Shown here piece by piece: positions 17,899 to 20,000 of a DNA stretch of 20,000 nucleotides. Made by a program: the position numbers and the translations under genes. Source of the DNA: an uncultured virus (IMG/VR IMGVR_UViG_3300035424_000304) (Duplodnaviria; Heunggongvirae; Uroviricota; Caudoviricetes); IMG/VR virus record IMGVR_UViG_3300035424_000304; one strand, 5' to 3'. Within the stretch, counting starts at the first letter, position 1. Each line of letters opens with the position of its first letter. Under the pieces are notes generated by a model. It ran no database searches, was not told the origin of the DNA, and saw only the letters and a program-made list of their open reading frames with translations.

Positions 17899-18079
17899 AT
17901 CAATCAGCTGAAACTATTCTTAAAGAGATGTTCATTTCATCCTCACAACTTTAACAAAGCTATTTTGTAACCACAACGGGCGGCGCAAATATTGAGACGG
18001 TCCGCAAATATATTCAGTCCCAAGGCGAAGAAAAACCAAAGCGAAAATATACGAAAAAGGCCCCCTTGCAGGCCCATTA

Positions 18080-18125
18080 GGCGATTCATCCCCGACCGAC
18101 TTTCGTCGGTTGGGGTTTTCTCGCC
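18080..18125. mobile_element. Orphan palindrome resembling an IS200/IS605-family end
   Basis: GGCGA-TTCAT-CCCCGACCGAC-TTTC-GTCGGTTGGGG-TTTTC-TCGCC. No tnpA/tnpB is nearby. Confidence 0.5.
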
Positions 18126-18164
18126 ATGGGAGGATAAATCTCCTGTCTTTAGTCATGGGGCTTA

Positions 18165-18194
18165 TTTATAGTTTCAAGACCTATTGCATAGTAT
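18165..18194 (+). promoter_or_regulatory. Shared promoter motif (TTTATA-N16-CATAGTAT)
   Basis: TTTATAGTTTCAAGACCTATTGCATAGTAT upstream of ORF 18254. Confidence 0.6.
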
Positions 18195-18253
18195 CTTCTA
18201 ACCCTGACAGAAGTAGAATAAAATCTGTGACAACAAAAAAAGGAGAGCAAACT

Positions 18254-18763
18254 ATGCGAAACATCATTTTTCACATTATCCCTGAGAAAATGCTTGACCA
18301 CTACACGACAATGGATGAATCCGATTTCTACGAGCATCTTGAATCTCTAAACGCCGATTCTGTCCAGAATCAGGATCCGGTGGACGCAAAGAACTCCGTT
18401 GAGCGGCTGGTCTCCCGGCTTCAGAATGCCGGACTCAAGGTCGAGACTGCGACTGGGCCGGAATCAGAGGAGTTCTATGTTTTCCAAACTGGCAATGCGG
18501 AAGAGACAAAAACATGCAAATGCCAGTATTTTGCTGCGGCATTTGCTAAGCTGCAGGAGATGGTGGGACAGATGTCCTTAGAGACATTTTCGTCTGATGG
18601 CACAGAGGAGTATCAGCTCCGCATGCTGATAAAAAACACGTCCGGCGATATGGTATACTACGGCGACTGGATGGAAAGCTCCCTCTCTTTGGACAGCTTC
18701 ATTCGGAAACTGACCCCGAATTCTGTGTACTACATCGCCCCCGAAACCGTGTATGTGCGCTGA
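18254..18763 (+). CDS. Hypothetical acidic protein, 169 aa
   Basis: RBS AAAGGAG precedes ATG 18254. Confidence 0.75.
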   Translation: MRNIIFHIIPEKMLDHYTTMDESDFYEHLESLNADSVQNQDPVDAKNSVERLVSRLQNAGLKVETATGPESEEFYVFQTGNAEETKTCKCQYFAAAFAKLQEMVGQMSLETFSSDGTEEYQLRMLIKNTSGDMVYYGDWMESSLSLDSFIRKLTPNSVYYIAPETVYVR

Positions 18764-18775
18764 AGGAGCCGACTC

Positions 18776-18985
18776 ATGGCTACAAATAAGATGTGGCAAA
18801 CAGTTTCTGAGTACGTTGCACAAAACCCTGGCAAAGCTTCCTATATAATCAGCACAGGCGGAAAAAAGTTTCTATGCCGGCAAGAAGAGGCTACGTCCCT
18901 GTTTGGACAGTCGATTGTCGTCCGCATTCGATATAGGAACAACAATAAAAATCTACCCATTCTCATTGTGAAACGGAAAGCGTAA
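18776..18985 (+). CDS. Hypothetical basic protein, 69 aa
   Basis: RBS AAGGAG overlaps the upstream stop. Confidence 0.6.
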   Translation: MATNKMWQTVSEYVAQNPGKASYIISTGGKKFLCRQEEATSLFGQSIVVRIRYRNNNKNLPILIVKRKA

Positions 18986-18987
18986 AC

Positions 18988-19254
18988 GCCCAGCTGGATA
19001 ACCTTTACCAGCAGCAGAGCGCCGCAAAGGAGGAAGTGGGCAAAGTCTTCCCCTATGAGGAGGAATTGCGGGTCAAGAACGCCCGTCTGGTGGAGCAGGA
19101 TATGGAGCTGAACATGGACAGCAGGGGGCAGTCCCGTCCAGATGTGGCGATTGCCAAGTGCGAAAGACCCTCGGTGCCGGAAGGGCTGAAACGCCCCATT
19201 CCGCCCCGCAGTATGGAAAAGAAATCCAAACAACAGGAACAGGAGGTAAGATAA
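18988..19254 (+). pseudogene. 3' remnant of a Tn1549-like ICE large helicase/methyltransferase gene
   Basis: In-frame AQLDNLYQQQSAAKEEVGKVFPYEEELRVKNARLVEQDMELNMD...ERPSV...QEQEVR matches, from memory, the C-terminus of SNF2/N6-MTase mega-proteins of Firmicutes ICEs. The 5' part is missing, and GC content rises here. Confidence 0.7.
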
Positions 19255-19255
19255 T

Positions 19256-20000
19256 ATGAACAACAACGAAAAGAATACGGCCCTTTATGAGAAGATGGCC
19301 GCTGAACAGGATATCTTCCGGGATTGGCTGAAAAGCCAGTCCCCGGAGGAAGTCTTAAACCATGCCTATGAGTACACCGTCCGGGAGGACATTGTGATGG
19401 CGATGGAGGAATTGGAGCTGACAGACGTCCAGGCCCAGGCACTGCTGGATTCCCCTTCGCCGCTGGCTGATGTGTACCGCCATTTTGAAAAGCTGGAAAC
19501 CAGCTATATGGATGTGATACGGGAGAGCATTAAGGAACGGGCCAATGAGATGTGCAGGGAAAAGGAAGAACAGAGGGTCGCCCCGATCTATCCCCACTCC
19601 GCCGCTTATGCGTCCGAGCATGGGGAGATGGCGCAGTACCGCGCCTCCCTGCAAGCCAGTCTTGCCTGCAAAGAAGCCATTGAGCAGGCCATCAGCGCCC
19701 ACTATGGGGATAACCGTCTGAATACCGAGGCCGCTGTCAAAGAAGTGCTGGAACAGTTCGGGCCGGAGCGTATGCAGTACATCCTTGCCAATACGGTGCT
19801 GAAAAAAGAGCATGACGGGCGTATCTCCCGCGATAACAAAGCCTGGGCGAAAACAATCCCCATGCCGGAGGATGGCGGCGATCCCCGCCACAGCTATGTC
19901 CTGGTGGTGGATAAGGTCAACCCCGGCCTGACCGACCTGTTTTTGAAGCAGGCGCGGAAAGTCCTTCAAGCCCCGGAGAAAGGCTCCGTCCTGGAAAAAC
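19256..20000 (+). CDS. DUF3848/DUF3849-domain ICE protein, 3' partial
   Basis: RBS AGGAGGT, then MNNNEKNTALYEKMAAEQDIFRDWLKSQSPEEVLNHAYEYTVREDI...IYPHSAAYASEHGEMAQYRAS...ACKEAIEQAI...ILANTV...DGRISRDNKAWA. Open to the right edge. Confidence 0.85.
   Translation, partial: MNNNEKNTALYEKMAAEQDIFRDWLKSQSPEEVLNHAYEYTVREDIVMAMEELELTDVQAQALLDSPSPLADVYRHFEKLETSYMDVIRESIKERANEMCREKEEQRVAPIYPHSAAYASEHGEMAQYRASLQASLACKEAIEQAISAHYGDNRLNTEAAVKEVLEQFGPERMQYILANTVLKKEHDGRISRDNKAWAKTIPMPEDGGDPRHSYVLVVDKVNPGLTDLFLKQARKVLQAPEKGSVLEK

Noticed and set aside
19355..19969. 204-aa minus-strand ORF
   Set aside because: Antisense to the DUF3848/3849 gene.

Overview
This window looks like part of a large Clostridia-type (Firmicutes) mobile element, such as a large phage/prophage, megaplasmid or large ICE, rather than a core chromosome. 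Replication and nucleotide genes lie out of their usual operon context: a GyrB/ParE-type topoisomerase B subunit, class III RNR nrdD with tandem NrdR boxes but no adjacent nrdG, NAD-dependent ligA and a stand-alone CoaB-like gene. These are mixed with an AT-richer serine recombinase/methyltransferase-like block, many short hypothetical ORFs, a DUF3268-like Zn-finger gene and a tRNA array. A fragment of a Tn1549-like ICE region occupies the right end. Three unexplained signals stand out. (1) One fixed-spacing promoter motif, TYKATA-N16-CATAnnnT, resembling a sporulation sigmaE promoter, occurs 11 times and precedes almost every transcription unit on both strands. (2) Two tRNA-like genes have intact acceptor, D and T arms but share the same enlarged, non-canonical anticodon arm. 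(3) Several highly structured, unannotated RNA domains are embedded in the tRNA array. All calls come from reading the sequence; no searches were run.
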